Assembly: GCF_910577345.1 (NCBI RefSeq)
Contig: NZ_CAJTMT010000004.1
Span: 75,314-139,313 of the forward strand
Source: an uncultured Duncaniella sp.
Lineage (GTDB): Bacteria; Bacteroidota; Bacteroidia; Bacteroidales; Muribaculaceae
Reading direction: 5' to 3'
Length of the DNA stretch: 64,000 nt
The notes below the pieces were generated by a model, which was given only the letters and a program-made list of their open reading frames with translations, did not search any database and was not told the origin of the DNA. This document shows, piece after piece, positions 1-9,206 of this stretch. Each line of letters begins with the position of its first letter. Within the stretch, counting starts at the first letter, position 1. The position numbers and the translations under genes are program-made.

Positions 1-66
1 TTTTGAGATGCAATCCGCAATTTTTTTGCTTCGCTAAGCATTGCGGTTATCGCTGTTTTGCGAGTG

Positions 67-98
67 CAAAGTTATGAATGTTATGCGAAGTGTGCAAA
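67..98 (-). promoter_or_regulatory. Bacteroidetes sigma-A promoter firing off the left edge of the window
   Basis: Minus strand reads TTTG (95-98), 20-nt spacer, TAACTTTG (67-74), matching the -33/-7 consensus. Confidence 0.7.
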
Positions 99-410
99 TA
101 TTTTTAAATGATTTTTTAAAAATTGGATGTTTTTATGAGAAAAAGGATATAAATTGGCCTGTATGTCGTGAGAAAATACGGATTCATTCTTATTAGAACA
201 TACGCTGCAGATGCTTCAGGAGAGTATATTTTGTAAATGAGAAAATATGGTTTTAGCGTATAGAGCGTTTTTTTTGACAACGCATTTTGAGTAAATTTTA
301 AGTTTTGGCCGAATCTCTAAACGATATTTTTCGGAAAGATAGAGCTATGGGGGAAGTTTTAGATTGCATATATATCGGTACATTTGATATTTGAAGAGAT
401 ATTTATTCAA

Positions 411-458
411 ATGAAATATTCGCTACATATATTCATGAAATATTCGGTACATATATTC
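411..458. repeat. 24-bp tandem duplication
   Basis: ATGAAATATTCGCTACATATATTC followed by ATGAAATATTCGGTACATATATTC (1 mismatch). Confidence 0.85.
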
Positions 459-559
459 AAGTGTTCATATTCCCTGCTAAGAATTCCACAAACTCAATTA
501 AAAAACATAAAAACGATAAAAAAGCACACAATGCTATTGACAAGTATAAAAAAAATATC

Positions 560-567
560 TACCTTTG
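560..567 (+). promoter_or_regulatory. -7 promoter element for the tRNA
   Basis: TACCTTTG about 65 nt upstream of the tRNA. Confidence 0.65.
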
Positions 568-630
568 CAACGCTAAAAGCGAAAACTGACAATCTTGGTC
601 AAACGCGTTTAGTTGCACAAAATCGCAAAA

Positions 631-704
631 GGTCCTATAGCTCAGTTGGTTAGAGCACCTGACTCATAATCAGGGAGTCCTTGGTTCAAGCCCAAGTGGG
701 ACCA
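631..704 (+). tRNA. tRNA with CAT anticodon (probably lysidine-modified tRNA-Ile2; Met not excluded)
   Basis: Acceptor GGTCCTA/TGGGACC, D-arm GCTCAGTTGGTTAGAGC, anticodon arm CCTGA-CTCATAA-TCAGG, T-arm CTTGG-TTCAAGC-CCAAG. CCA not encoded. Resembles Ile2 rather than initiator Met. Confidence 0.93.
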
Positions 705-717
705 CCTCTTAAAAATC

Positions 718-755
718 AAGCAGTTACGAATCAAATCGTAACTGCTTTTTCTTTT
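718..755 (+). terminator. Intrinsic terminator after the tRNA
   Basis: AAGCAGTTACGA-atcaaa-TCGTAACTGCTT followed by a T-rich tract. Confidence 0.75.
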
Positions 756-892
756 GTCTTGAACATAAGTCTGAATACATCGCCGAGGACACCAAATCAT
801 CGCGTCTCCGGAGGCTATGGTTAACTGAGCTTATTTGAGATTGCTCAATAATCGTTAGACACATTCAAAATCGAGTCGGCTCCAATAATCGA

Positions 893-923
893 GCCAGTCC
901 CCGACTTCGCGCCGGGGGCTGGC
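893..923 (-). terminator. GC-rich hairpin, possible terminator of the barrel gene
   Basis: GCCAGTCCCC/GGGGGCTGGC stem; U-tract is weak. Confidence 0.4.
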
Positions 924-946
924 CATATTTGTATGAAAAGCTATTT

Positions 947-1178
947 TTATTTCAAGATTTCGGCTGAACCGGTGTCTGGGTCGGCTATCTCATCGCTATG
1001 CTGTTTATTTCAAGATTGCGGCTGAGCTGGTGCCTGCGCCGCCTACCTCATCGCTATGCTGTTTATTTTAAGATGGCGGCTGAGCCGGTGCCTGGGTCGC
1101 CTATCTCATCGCTATGCTGTTTATTTCAAGATTGCGGATGAGCCGGTGCCTGCGCCGCCTACCTCGTCGCCACGCTGC
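947..1178. repeat. 4 x 58-bp tandem repeat; unit 4 is the last 58 nt of the barrel CDS
   Basis: Units at 947-1004, 1005-1062, 1063-1120 and 1121-1178, with 6-12 mismatches to the gene copy and no indels. Confidence 0.95.
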
Positions 1179-3664
1179 ACTTTCTTGCCATAACCGAATG
1201 TGTAGGTCGCAGACAAGCGTACGCTAAAGTGTGTGTCGGTGTTGTAATTAACCATATTGTCAGTGTAGTAGGCATATTCGCATTTGGTGGTGCTATAGAC
1301 CCACGTTGTTCTGAACGGGTTGGCCACCGTCAGTCTTAAATTCAGATTTGATTTACTCCATCCGGCTTCTATTTCAAGAGAGCTTTTCGTCTTGATGATA
1401 GTGTCGTAATTCGACCATAGGCTTGTGAGGGGAGAATTGAAATAGCCTGAAAAATAGAAGTTGCCAAGATAGTATTGTATTGAACCGGTGAGGATAAAAG
1501 GATTGTATCTCACCGGGACGGATCCATTGGTGCGGTAGAAGTCCTGCGTTGGAATAAGTCGAATTTGTAAATCATTGTCAAAGAATGAGGCGGTTGCGGA
1601 GAGTCCGAGAATTGTCCACAGATGATTGCCGTTGTTTTCATAGCTTCGGAGTATGGCGCGTCCATTATCATAAGGACTATACACTGGTGTCCATCTGTCA
1701 AACAGGCCTATAAATCTCACATAAGGGGATATTTTTAGCCACGGCAACATATTCCAGCTATAATTAAGAGATGTTGACAACATGTGAGAGTTCCTTAGCT
1801 TGGAATTGCCGCGATAATACAACAACTCATTTTCTTTCAGGACGTTTGGACTCTTGCCATTATCCGGAGTTGTTTCCTTGGAATAATTAAGGATGAAATT
1901 CAACGAATGGTTGCGGTTGGGCGACCATCCGACATTAATGCTACCGAATGGAAATAATTCCTCCTCCACATAGTCGTTTGTCCTATTGTACTGATACCTC
2001 AAACCGCCCCGTAAATCGGCACTGAAATTATTGGTATAGTAACCATACTTCACCGTTCCTCCGGCATAGGCATCCAAAAGTCTGTCAGTTGCCGGGAAAT
2101 CGCCGGAATAATTAACCCTATACTCTGTTCTTCCACCAAATCCGGAGAGAAATAAATAATGGTTATTTCCCAGGCCTTTCCTTAAGTTTGCAGAAATATA
2201 AAAGGAATTGGCCTTCTCGAGGGCGTTGTTCAGTATGGAGGTTTCATCAGTCGTATATAGCGACTCTTGTTTATTGAGTGTGTAGGACGCAAAAGGGTAT
2301 AGTGACAGGTCGTACTGACGTGGGAAGGTGAAGTAGAATGTTCCATTGTATGTCACCGACTTCACTTCAGAATTCTTTTCCGTCCTATAAGTGGAAGCCT
2401 CGAAAAGCTCCGGAGAAAACTCGACTGTGCCATCATTGTCATTGGCCGGCTTTCCAGTGTAGGTGAAACCGACAGTGTTTTTCATCTGAAAATTTTCAGA
2501 ATCGTATGATGCGCGGAAGGTTACCGGGACGGTGTTCTCGATATTTCGACTGCTTGTCAGCGTTTGTTTCCTTTCTGCCCAATATGGTTCTTCTCCTTCC
2601 GGAGAAAGCAGATATGATGAAGTCCCGCTGCTGCCTTTATGGCGATTGTTAATGTTTTGACTTTCAGCATAAAGGTCGTAGGTCATACTTTTGTATTTGA
2701 ATTTGGAATATACGGAAACGTCGCTTGACAAGCCGGAGAAAAAGCTTTCATTGGCACTCAATTTTGTGTATCCGCCATATTCATATTTCTGCAGGATAAA
2801 ATTCACCACTGTGAGTGCTCCCATGAAGCGAGGGTCGGAAGGTGAATAAGAGAATTCAACCTTCTGGACGTCGCCGGTACGCAGACCTTTCAGTTCCTCG
2901 GCCGAAGCTTTGGTGTAATCGATGAATATCGCGACTTCACGGCCATCTGTGGTCTCCACGCTATTGTCGGATAGTTTTACGATAATCTGAGGTATGGCCA
3001 TCCTGCGCAATAAATCGATGGCATCCAAAGATGTGTTTTTCTGACGTTGGGTCGGGAGATAAATGTTCCGGTCGGAATAAAGGTGGGCAGTCTCGCCATT
3101 CACCGATACCTCACTCAATTTTACGGTATTTTCCGGCATGATGATTGTGCCGATGTTGAAGGTATCGCACTGATGATATGTTGTCTTGTAGCCAAGGCAT
3201 GAAAGCTTGGCAATCACATCGGTCCGGTCGCACGGGATTCTGAAGCGACCTTCCTCATCGGCAATAGCGAAGGTCAAGACCGTTGAGTCCTTGGGGGCGA
3301 GGAGCATGACGGTGGCGGCGACCACTGGCTCGTTGTCAAAGCCTATGGCACGTCCGGTATAGACATACTTACCGTGCTGGAGAGCCTCGACATAGTAGGT
3401 GCTTTTGGATTTGACGACAGTCACCGGATTCAGACCGATTGTCTGACGGAGGGCGTCGTAGACATTGTCGGCATTCACTGCGGCGCTTGTATTGTAGTTT
3501 TCAAGCTCATTGTAGATGAAGTTGATGTCGATGGTGGGGTGATTCTCCATAATCTGCTGAATCGCTTTGGGTAGGGGAGTCGAGTTGAAGCGGTAGGAGA
3601 ATGTTTCGGCATTGGCCATGACGAAGGCTGACATGGCGCAGATAAGCATAATTATTCTTGCCAT
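1121..3664 (-). CDS. Outer-membrane beta-barrel family protein with N-terminal signalling-like extension and carboxypeptidase-regulatory-like domain
   Basis: 847-aa ORF with signal peptide, short N-terminal domain, 'GEPVVAATV...CLGYKT'-type motif and aromatic-rich alternating strands ending SATYTFGYGKK. Directly downstream of an ECF/anti-sigma pair. Confidence 0.75.
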   Translation of the reverse strand: MARIIMLICAMSAFVMANAETFSYRFNSTPLPKAIQQIMENHPTIDINFIYNELENYNTSAAVNADNVYDALRQTIGLNPVTVVKSKSTYYVEALQHGKYVYTGRAIGFDNEPVVAATVMLLAPKDSTVLTFAIADEEGRFRIPCDRTDVIAKLSCLGYKTTYHQCDTFNIGTIIMPENTVKLSEVSVNGETAHLYSDRNIYLPTQRQKNTSLDAIDLLRRMAIPQIIVKLSDNSVETTDGREVAIFIDYTKASAEELKGLRTGDVQKVEFSYSPSDPRFMGALTVVNFILQKYEYGGYTKLSANESFFSGLSSDVSVYSKFKYKSMTYDLYAESQNINNRHKGSSGTSSYLLSPEGEEPYWAERKQTLTSSRNIENTVPVTFRASYDSENFQMKNTVGFTYTGKPANDNDGTVEFSPELFEASTYRTEKNSEVKSVTYNGTFYFTFPRQYDLSLYPFASYTLNKQESLYTTDETSILNNALEKANSFYISANLRKGLGNNHYLFLSGFGGRTEYRVNYSGDFPATDRLLDAYAGGTVKYGYYTNNFSADLRGGLRYQYNRTNDYVEEELFPFGSINVGWSPNRNHSLNFILNYSKETTPDNGKSPNVLKENELLYYRGNSKLRNSHMLSTSLNYSWNMLPWLKISPYVRFIGLFDRWTPVYSPYDNGRAILRSYENNGNHLWTILGLSATASFFDNDLQIRLIPTQDFYRTNGSVPVRYNPFILTGSIQYYLGNFYFSGYFNSPLTSLWSNYDTIIKTKSSLEIEAGWSKSNLNLRLTVANPFRTTWVYSTTKCEYAYYTDNMVNYNTDTHFSVRLSATYTFGYGKKVQRGDEVGGAGTGSSAILK

Positions 3665-3668
3665 GAAG

Positions 3669-4322
3669 TCAGTCTATTTTGATGGTTTTGTCCTTGACGG
3701 AGATGTGGATTTGCTCGAAGTTATTGAGGCTTTCAACGATTTCGTCGAGGGTCTGTGCCTGATTCCAGCGGAAGTAAAGGCGAAGTGATTTGGGAGCATC
3801 CGTCGAGAACTCCACTTTATAGCCGTAATATCCGGCAATACGGGTTGCGATGGTCTCCAGAGGTTCGTTATCGAAAACTATTGTTTCGGGGGGTGCAGCC
3901 GGTAATTCCTCGGCGACAGTAATTGAGTCGGTAGTGACAAGATTTTCTCTTGCTGTTGCAACAGTCGCTGTTGCCGGTGTTTCTGCCGTTTGTTTGAGGA
4001 CATAGTTTACGCTTACTCCAACTACGGCAGCGACAGCCGCAAGCGAAGCAATCCCTATCGCGATGCTTGCCGCGATGTTTCGGGTAAACAGATTGACGAT
4101 GCGGAAAGTGGAGCGCTGTTGTGTGGCCGGATGTGACTTCTTGAAAGTCTCCCATTCGGCATCAATATCGGGAGCAGGAATTGGCGTAAGGGTAGCCTTT
4201 GTCTTGTCAAGCAGGTCGTAAACCTCCCGGACTTCAGGATCCGCGAGCAGGGTCTCGATGTCCTTTTCAGAGTAAAGGTCGGGATGCTCGATTGCATCAA
4301 GCAGTCGGTCTATTTTATCCAT
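3669..4322 (-). CDS. FecR-like anti-sigma factor (single TM, C-terminal FecR_C-like domain)
   Basis: One TM segment and a C-terminal 'FDNEPLETIA..I...YG' motif; overlaps the ECF sigma gene. Confidence 0.7.
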   Translation of the reverse strand: MDKIDRLLDAIEHPDLYSEKDIETLLADPEVREVYDLLDKTKATLTPIPAPDIDAEWETFKKSHPATQQRSTFRIVNLFTRNIAASIAIGIASLAAVAAVVGVSVNYVLKQTAETPATATVATARENLVTTDSITVAEELPAAPPETIVFDNEPLETIATRIAGYYGYKVEFSTDAPKSLRLYFRWNQAQTLDEIVESLNNFEQIHISVKDKTIKID

Positions 4323-4800
4323 TTTGAGATAGTTTTAAGCGTAAGACATCTATTGCATGACGCAAATGCTTATAGACAGCAACTTCGCTGATACCCAGTG
4401 TGGAAGCAATTTCCTTGTAACTCTTCCCGTCGGTGAAACGCAATTCGACAACCCTACGGCAAGCATCGGTCAGACCGTTTGCCACGGTCGAATGAATCTG
4501 CGCGATTGTATCATCGTCGGGCCATTCGTCATCAGCAATTTCCCGCTCATCAATAGCATAAAGTTCCTTGATGCGTTCACGGGCAGAGAGGCTGCGGAGA
4601 TGGTTGAGACACCTGTTGCGGACCGCACGGAGCAGATACTGGGCTGACACGTCTGTCAGTCCTGCGGTGAGAAGCGACTCAAAGACATCGTGCACAATGT
4701 CCCGCGCCACATCCTCATCGCGCAGTATCAGCATTGCGAGGCGGTGCATCGCCAAGTAGTGGGTTCTGAAAAGCTGTTCTATGTCATTTCTGTGCGACAT
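4315..4800 (-). CDS. ECF-family RNA polymerase sigma factor
   Basis: Region 2 (ARDIVHDVF...AVRNRCLNHLR) and region 4 HTH (KSYKEIASTLGISEVAVYKHL). Confidence 0.9.
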   Translation of the reverse strand: MSHRNDIEQLFRTHYLAMHRLAMLILRDEDVARDIVHDVFESLLTAGLTDVSAQYLLRAVRNRCLNHLRSLSARERIKELYAIDEREIADDEWPDDDTIAQIHSTVANGLTDACRRVVELRFTDGKSYKEIASTLGISEVAVYKHLRHAIDVLRLKLSQNG

Positions 4801-5212
4801 AATTGATTTTTAAGGTGCAAATTGGCCCAAGGGGTCTATAAGTTATCGTCATACACAATTAAGACACCTCATTTACGAAAAACCTAACCTTTCAATCGAA
4901 GAATTTTTCAAAAAAATTTCGTGCTTCTATGTTTTTGTTGTTTATTACATTGTAAAATTACAAAACAAAATTTACATCACGCGACGGAATCTATGTGTTT
5001 TTTTATTGATTTCGTCTGGTGATGTAAATTCGCGCTCATTTCCCGTCTGATGATAACTGCAATTGCAGGTGTGAAATAAAAAGGGGGTGATGAGCGTTTA
5101 TATAAAGTTATGGCTTTCCCGTCGGATGACTTTTCATCGGTGATTGGCCTTATACATAGTTTGAAAAAATACTAACCTATTATTCAAATAATTAAAATCT
5201 CAATTCTTTCCA

Positions 5213-6250
5213 ATGACAAAATTTACGGAAAAACGCATCAGCATGTTTCACGGCATTCTGCTGATTGCACTTTTTGCCTGTGCGGCCTTCTACATCGGCG
5301 AGGCGCAGTTTTTTAAGGACCTTTCTTTCAGTCCGATGATCATAGGTATCATCCTGGGTATGCTCTATGCCAATTCGCTCCGCAACAATCTTCCGGAGAC
5401 GTGGGTGCCGGGCATTCAGTTCTGTTCCAAGAAAGTGCTTCGTCTGGGCATTATTCTCTATGGTTTCCGTCTGACTTTCCAGGATATTGTCAACGTCGGA
5501 GTCTCCGGTATCGTGATTGATGCTATTGTAGTGACAGTCACTATTCTTGGCGGTGTGTGGATAGGCAAGTTGCTTAAGATGGACCGCGATACAGCGCTCC
5601 TGACCTCTGTCGGCAGCGGCATCTGCGGTGCGGCGGCTGTCCTCGGCGCGGAGTCTGCAATCCGTACACAGCCCTATAAGACTGCTGTTGCTGTCGCAAC
5701 CGTAGTGATTTTCGGCACGATTTCAATGTTCCTTTACCCGATTGCCTACCGTTCAGGATGGCTTGACCTCTCTCCGCAGGAGATGGGCATCTACTCCGGT
5801 TCGACTCTCCATGAGGTCGCTCATGCTGTCGGTGCGGGCAATGCTATGGGCACCGAGATTTCCAACGTTGCCATTATCGTCAAGATGATTCGTGTGATGC
5901 TTCTCGTCCCCGTGCTTATTATCCTCGGATTCTGGGTGGCACGCCGTGGCAAATCCGAGGAGGCCTCCGGAGAAAAAGGCAAGGTGAATATTCCCTGGTT
6001 TGCAGTAGGTTTCCTTGTGGTCATCGCCTTCAATTCGTTCAATCTTCTACCGGCCGCGTTTGTTGATGCAATCAATTATTTCGACACTTTCCTTCTGACT
6101 ATGGCCATGGCTGCTTTAGGTGCTGAAACGAGCATCGACAAGTTCAAGAAAGCCGGCGCAAAGCCCTTTGTGCTTGCATTCTGCCTTGATATTTGGCTTA
6201 TCGGAGGCGGATATATTCTTGCGAAATACCTTGCTCCGATCTGGCTGTAA
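5213..6250 (+). CDS. YeiH/UPF0324 family membrane protein (putative sulfate exporter family)
   Basis: Polytopic membrane protein with 'LRLGIILYGFRL' and 'GSGICGAAAV' motifs. Confidence 0.85.
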   Translation: MTKFTEKRISMFHGILLIALFACAAFYIGEAQFFKDLSFSPMIIGIILGMLYANSLRNNLPETWVPGIQFCSKKVLRLGIILYGFRLTFQDIVNVGVSGIVIDAIVVTVTILGGVWIGKLLKMDRDTALLTSVGSGICGAAAVLGAESAIRTQPYKTAVAVATVVIFGTISMFLYPIAYRSGWLDLSPQEMGIYSGSTLHEVAHAVGAGNAMGTEISNVAIIVKMIRVMLLVPVLIILGFWVARRGKSEEASGEKGKVNIPWFAVGFLVVIAFNSFNLLPAAFVDAINYFDTFLLTMAMAALGAETSIDKFKKAGAKPFVLAFCLDIWLIGGGYILAKYLAPIWL

Positions 6251-6252
6251 AG

Positions 6253-6521
6253 AGGAGAAAAATAAGCCTGATAGGGCTAAGGCTAATTAGAGCTGATAAG
6301 GCTAATAGGCCCAATAGGACTAATAAGCCCAATAGGGCTAATAAGCCAAATAAGCCCAATAAGATTCAGATATAAAATTCCCGGATAGAAAATCAGGGTG
6401 CAGATTCTCAGGATTTGCACCCTGATTTTCTATTAATCTATCCGGCCTTATTTGCCTTATTTGCCTTATTAGCCCTATTGGGCCTATTCGACTTATTAGG
6501 CCTATTAGCCTTATTTCTCCT
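6253..6521. repeat. Inverted cassette of 9-bp-period AATARG repeats around a central hairpin
   Basis: Left arm 6253-6363 (AATAGGCCC/AATAGGGCT/AATAAGCCC-type units), hairpin 6385-6433, right arm 6444-6521 made of reverse-complement units. Confidence 0.9.
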
Positions 6522-6571
6522 ATTTTTCTTCTCCTTTTGCATTATCGCACCTTTTCGGGATTTTGTGTGCG

Positions 6572-6579
6572 TAACTTTG
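6572..6579 (+). promoter_or_regulatory. -7 promoter element
   Basis: TAACTTTG upstream of ORF 6772. Confidence 0.5.
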
Positions 6580-6771
6580 CAGTGGCAGTTTTCCCCACTT
6601 GAACTCCATTTCTTATCAAAAGCCCTTGATAAAAAACGCTCAAAATTAATTTAATCACATTAAACCAATTAATCCCCCTCAATAAATCAATTAATCCCCC
6701 TCAATTTTCGCTTCCCCGTTCTAATAAACCACCCCTCATCTAAACCATCCTCATCCCCACATCTCTCCGCC

Positions 6772-7284
6772 ATGAAAAAGATTATCTATTGCATTTCCCT
6801 GCTTGCAGCCGGTTTCTGTGCCGGGCATTACACCTATTTCCACCGCTTCGACCCGCATCTTGTCCCCGTCTACGACACTATCTTTCTGTCTGATACATGC
6901 TTTATCCCTATACCCACTCCGTCGGCTGATAGTGTGCGTGTTGCTGTAGCGCAACGTCGTCTACCGACAGCCTCTCACGGGAGCAGTCTGCAAAAGCCAA
7001 TTCTCCCTCACCCGCATTTTGACATGCCTGCGGCTGATTCTGCCGATGTGCTTGTCCCGATTGTCAGTAAGGTTTATTCCGACTCAAATTTCCGCGCCGT
7101 CGTCAGCGGATTTGAAGCGCGACTTGATTCGCTCGTCGTCTATCCGCGTCAGACTGCCATTTTGCCCCGCGCTTCCCGACCGGGCAAATGGTCGTTAGGA
7201 GTGACCGCCGGAGCTTGTCTTAGTCCACGGGGAATTTCCCCGGGAGTGACTGTCGGGTTGACCTACACTTTCCTGAGCTTCTGA
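6772..7284 (+). CDS. Exported hypothetical protein (resembles DUF6808-type proteins)
   Basis: N-terminal hydrophobic segment, 'SKVYSDSNFRAVVSGFEARLDSL' and C-terminal 'KWSLGVTAG...GVTVGLTY'. Family assignment is from recollection. Confidence 0.55.
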   Translation: MKKIIYCISLLAAGFCAGHYTYFHRFDPHLVPVYDTIFLSDTCFIPIPTPSADSVRVAVAQRRLPTASHGSSLQKPILPHPHFDMPAADSADVLVPIVSKVYSDSNFRAVVSGFEARLDSLVVYPRQTAILPRASRPGKWSLGVTAGACLSPRGISPGVTVGLTYTFLSF

Positions 7285-8450
7285 ACAATCAGCCGTGCGA
7301 CATTGGCCGCAGCCGAACTGTCGGTGTGCAGGATTTCCCGAATCCGCCGGTAGCCGTCGAGCTGAGCCGAGCGCGGAGCACCGTCGGGAATCAGTCGGGA
7401 AAGTTCGCGGTCCACAGCCTCAGGAGTGCAGTTATGGACAAGCATTTCAGGCACGATGCACCCTCTGACTCCGGTCTTGACTGCCTCTTCGTTGACCTCG
7501 CGACGCGTCTGACGGTCAATCTTTCCGCCGATGAGGTTTGGGAGTGACGCGTAGGGAATCTTCAGTATGTGAAGGAAAATGTCGTGGGCCCACTTCCACC
7601 CGACAGCCCGATAACACACCACCTGCGGACATCCTGCAAGCGCACATTCAAGCGAGGCCGTCCCCGAAGTGACCATAGCCACCCGAGAACTTGCCATCAA
7701 GCCGAGCGTTGCGCCGTCGACTACGGGAAAATCGGTGAACCGGGCATAAAAATCGCGCTTGAGCGACGGAGCGCCTGCGACGACTGTCTGAAGCTCCGGA
7801 TGACGGCGCGCCACGGCATCCATCACCGGCAGATTGGCCTTGATCTCACCCACACGGCTGCCGGGGACGAGCGCGAGGATCGGACGGTCGGTCAGCCTGT
7901 GGGCCGACAGGAATTCATCACGTGGAGGAAGAGCCTCGATTGCCTGCTCCACCTCCTCGACCGAAGGATTGCCGACATAGGTCACCTCCACACCGCGTTC
8001 TGCGAACCATGCCGGCTCGAAGGGTAGAATTGAGAACACTTCGTCGACATAGCGTTTGATTTGCTTGATGCGATATGATTTCCATGCCCACAGTTTCGGC
8101 GCTATGTAGTAGAACACCTTTATTCCAAGTCCCTTGGCATATTTGGCAAGCGTGAGGTTGAACCCGGGATAATCCACGAGCACCACCGCATCCGGACGCA
8201 TGGTGCGGATGGCCTCCTTAGCGGTCTTGAAATTTCCGAGCACCTGTGGCAGATGTGCAGCCACGTCGATGAAGCCCATGAAGGCCATGCGGCTGAAATG
8301 AATCAGTGGTTTCTTGCCTGTTGCATCGGCCATGCTGTCGCCGCCGAGAAAGCAGATGTCGGCTTCCGGGTCGATGCGGAGCAATTCCCTGATGACCTGT
8401 GAGGCATGGATGTCGCCTGATGCTTCGCCTGCTGAGAAGAAATATTTCAT
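7263..8450 (-). CDS. lpxB: Lipid-A-disaccharide synthase
   Basis: Motifs AGEASGD, VDYPGFN, ALVPGSR, TSGTASLE and SLPNLI. Confidence 0.95.
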   Translation of the reverse strand: MKYFFSAGEASGDIHASQVIRELLRIDPEADICFLGGDSMADATGKKPLIHFSRMAFMGFIDVAAHLPQVLGNFKTAKEAIRTMRPDAVVLVDYPGFNLTLAKYAKGLGIKVFYYIAPKLWAWKSYRIKQIKRYVDEVFSILPFEPAWFAERGVEVTYVGNPSVEEVEQAIEALPPRDEFLSAHRLTDRPILALVPGSRVGEIKANLPVMDAVARRHPELQTVVAGAPSLKRDFYARFTDFPVVDGATLGLMASSRVAMVTSGTASLECALAGCPQVVCYRAVGWKWAHDIFLHILKIPYASLPNLIGGKIDRQTRREVNEEAVKTGVRGCIVPEMLVHNCTPEAVDRELSRLIPDGAPRSAQLDGYRRIREILHTDSSAAANVARLIVQKLRKV

Positions 8451-8503
8451 AGTTTCGTGTGGAATGGGTGGATTTGCTTGTTGTCTTAGGGGATGGAGAT
8501 TTG

Positions 8504-8534
8504 CAAAGTTAACCTTTTTAGCCCGTATCGCAAA
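8504..8534 (-). promoter_or_regulatory. lpxB promoter
   Basis: Minus strand TTTG-N19-TAACTTTG. Confidence 0.7.
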
Positions 8535-8608
8535 ACAGCATCGGTATAATCGGCGTGGACGATACTTTTTTCATCTTGTTTTGTTATATTATAAAAACCA
8601 TAAACAAT

Positions 8609-9058
8609 ATGAAAAAACTGATATTATTTCTTCTTCTTGTCCTCACGGCCGGAGGAGCGGCACACGCAATTTTCGATCAGTACACAATCAACCGTGACAA
8701 GCTTCCGCAGGAAGCGCAGAACATGCTCGACGAGTATTTCCCCAAGGCTAAGGTCGGCATGATCAAGGTTGACAAGCACTTGCTCAAAAAGACAGACTAT
8801 GATGTCCGCTTGGTCAATGGCACTACAATCGAGTTTTCGAATGCCGGTAAGTGGACTTCGGTCGATTGCAAGACCCGTGAAGTCCCCGAGGGACTTGTCC
8901 CGAAGACCATCCGCAACTATGTAGCCAAAAATGCCAACGGCGCTAAAATCGTCAGCATTGTTAAAAAGACAACCACCTACGAAATCGGACTTTCCGATGG
9001 GGTTGTTATGATTTTCAGCCGTCTCGGTCAGTTCAAGAGCATCAAGCTCGAGGAATGA
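8609..9058 (+). CDS. PepSY-like (beta-lactamase-inhibitor-like) periplasmic protein
   Basis: Start moved to ATG 8609 (MKKLILF signal peptide). Two repeats of 'LP...F/Y..Y.V.L.NG..I.F...G.W'. Confidence 0.75.
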   Translation: MKKLILFLLLVLTAGGAAHAIFDQYTINRDKLPQEAQNMLDEYFPKAKVGMIKVDKHLLKKTDYDVRLVNGTTIEFSNAGKWTSVDCKTREVPEGLVPKTIRNYVAKNANGAKIVSIVKKTTTYEIGLSDGVVMIFSRLGQFKSIKLEE

Positions 9059-9072
9059 TAGAAGCTGAGCCT

Positions 9073-9136
9073 AAAAGTCCCGCAAGCGTAAAATTTAATG
9101 AAAAATTACTAAAATTTTATTGTTTGCGGGATTTTT
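9073..9136 (+). terminator. Long-loop hairpin, possible terminator
   Basis: AAAAGTCCCGCAAGC ... GTTTGCGGGATTTTT. Confidence 0.45.
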
Positions 9137-9206
9137 CGTAACTTGCGCGTTATAAAAGTGTCACTACAACTATTTATTCACCCTACCGTAAAAATCTCAC
9201 GCCATT

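Noticed and set aside
384..653. 89-aa ORF
   Set aside because: AT-rich, spans a promoter and overlaps the tRNA; partly produced by the 24-bp duplication.
947..1178. Diversity-generating retroelement or CRISPR
   Set aside because: No RT, Avd or cas gene in the window, no unique spacers, and 6 of 15 variable sites are not at adenines in the silent copies.
631..5200. Intact integrative element at the tRNA
   Set aside because: No integrase and no second copy of the tRNA 3' end found.
6193..6654. Small ORFs with NRP/NKP or LALL repeats (also 11107-11547 and 24711-25012)
   Set aside because: Translations of the 9-bp repeat arrays, not credible genes.
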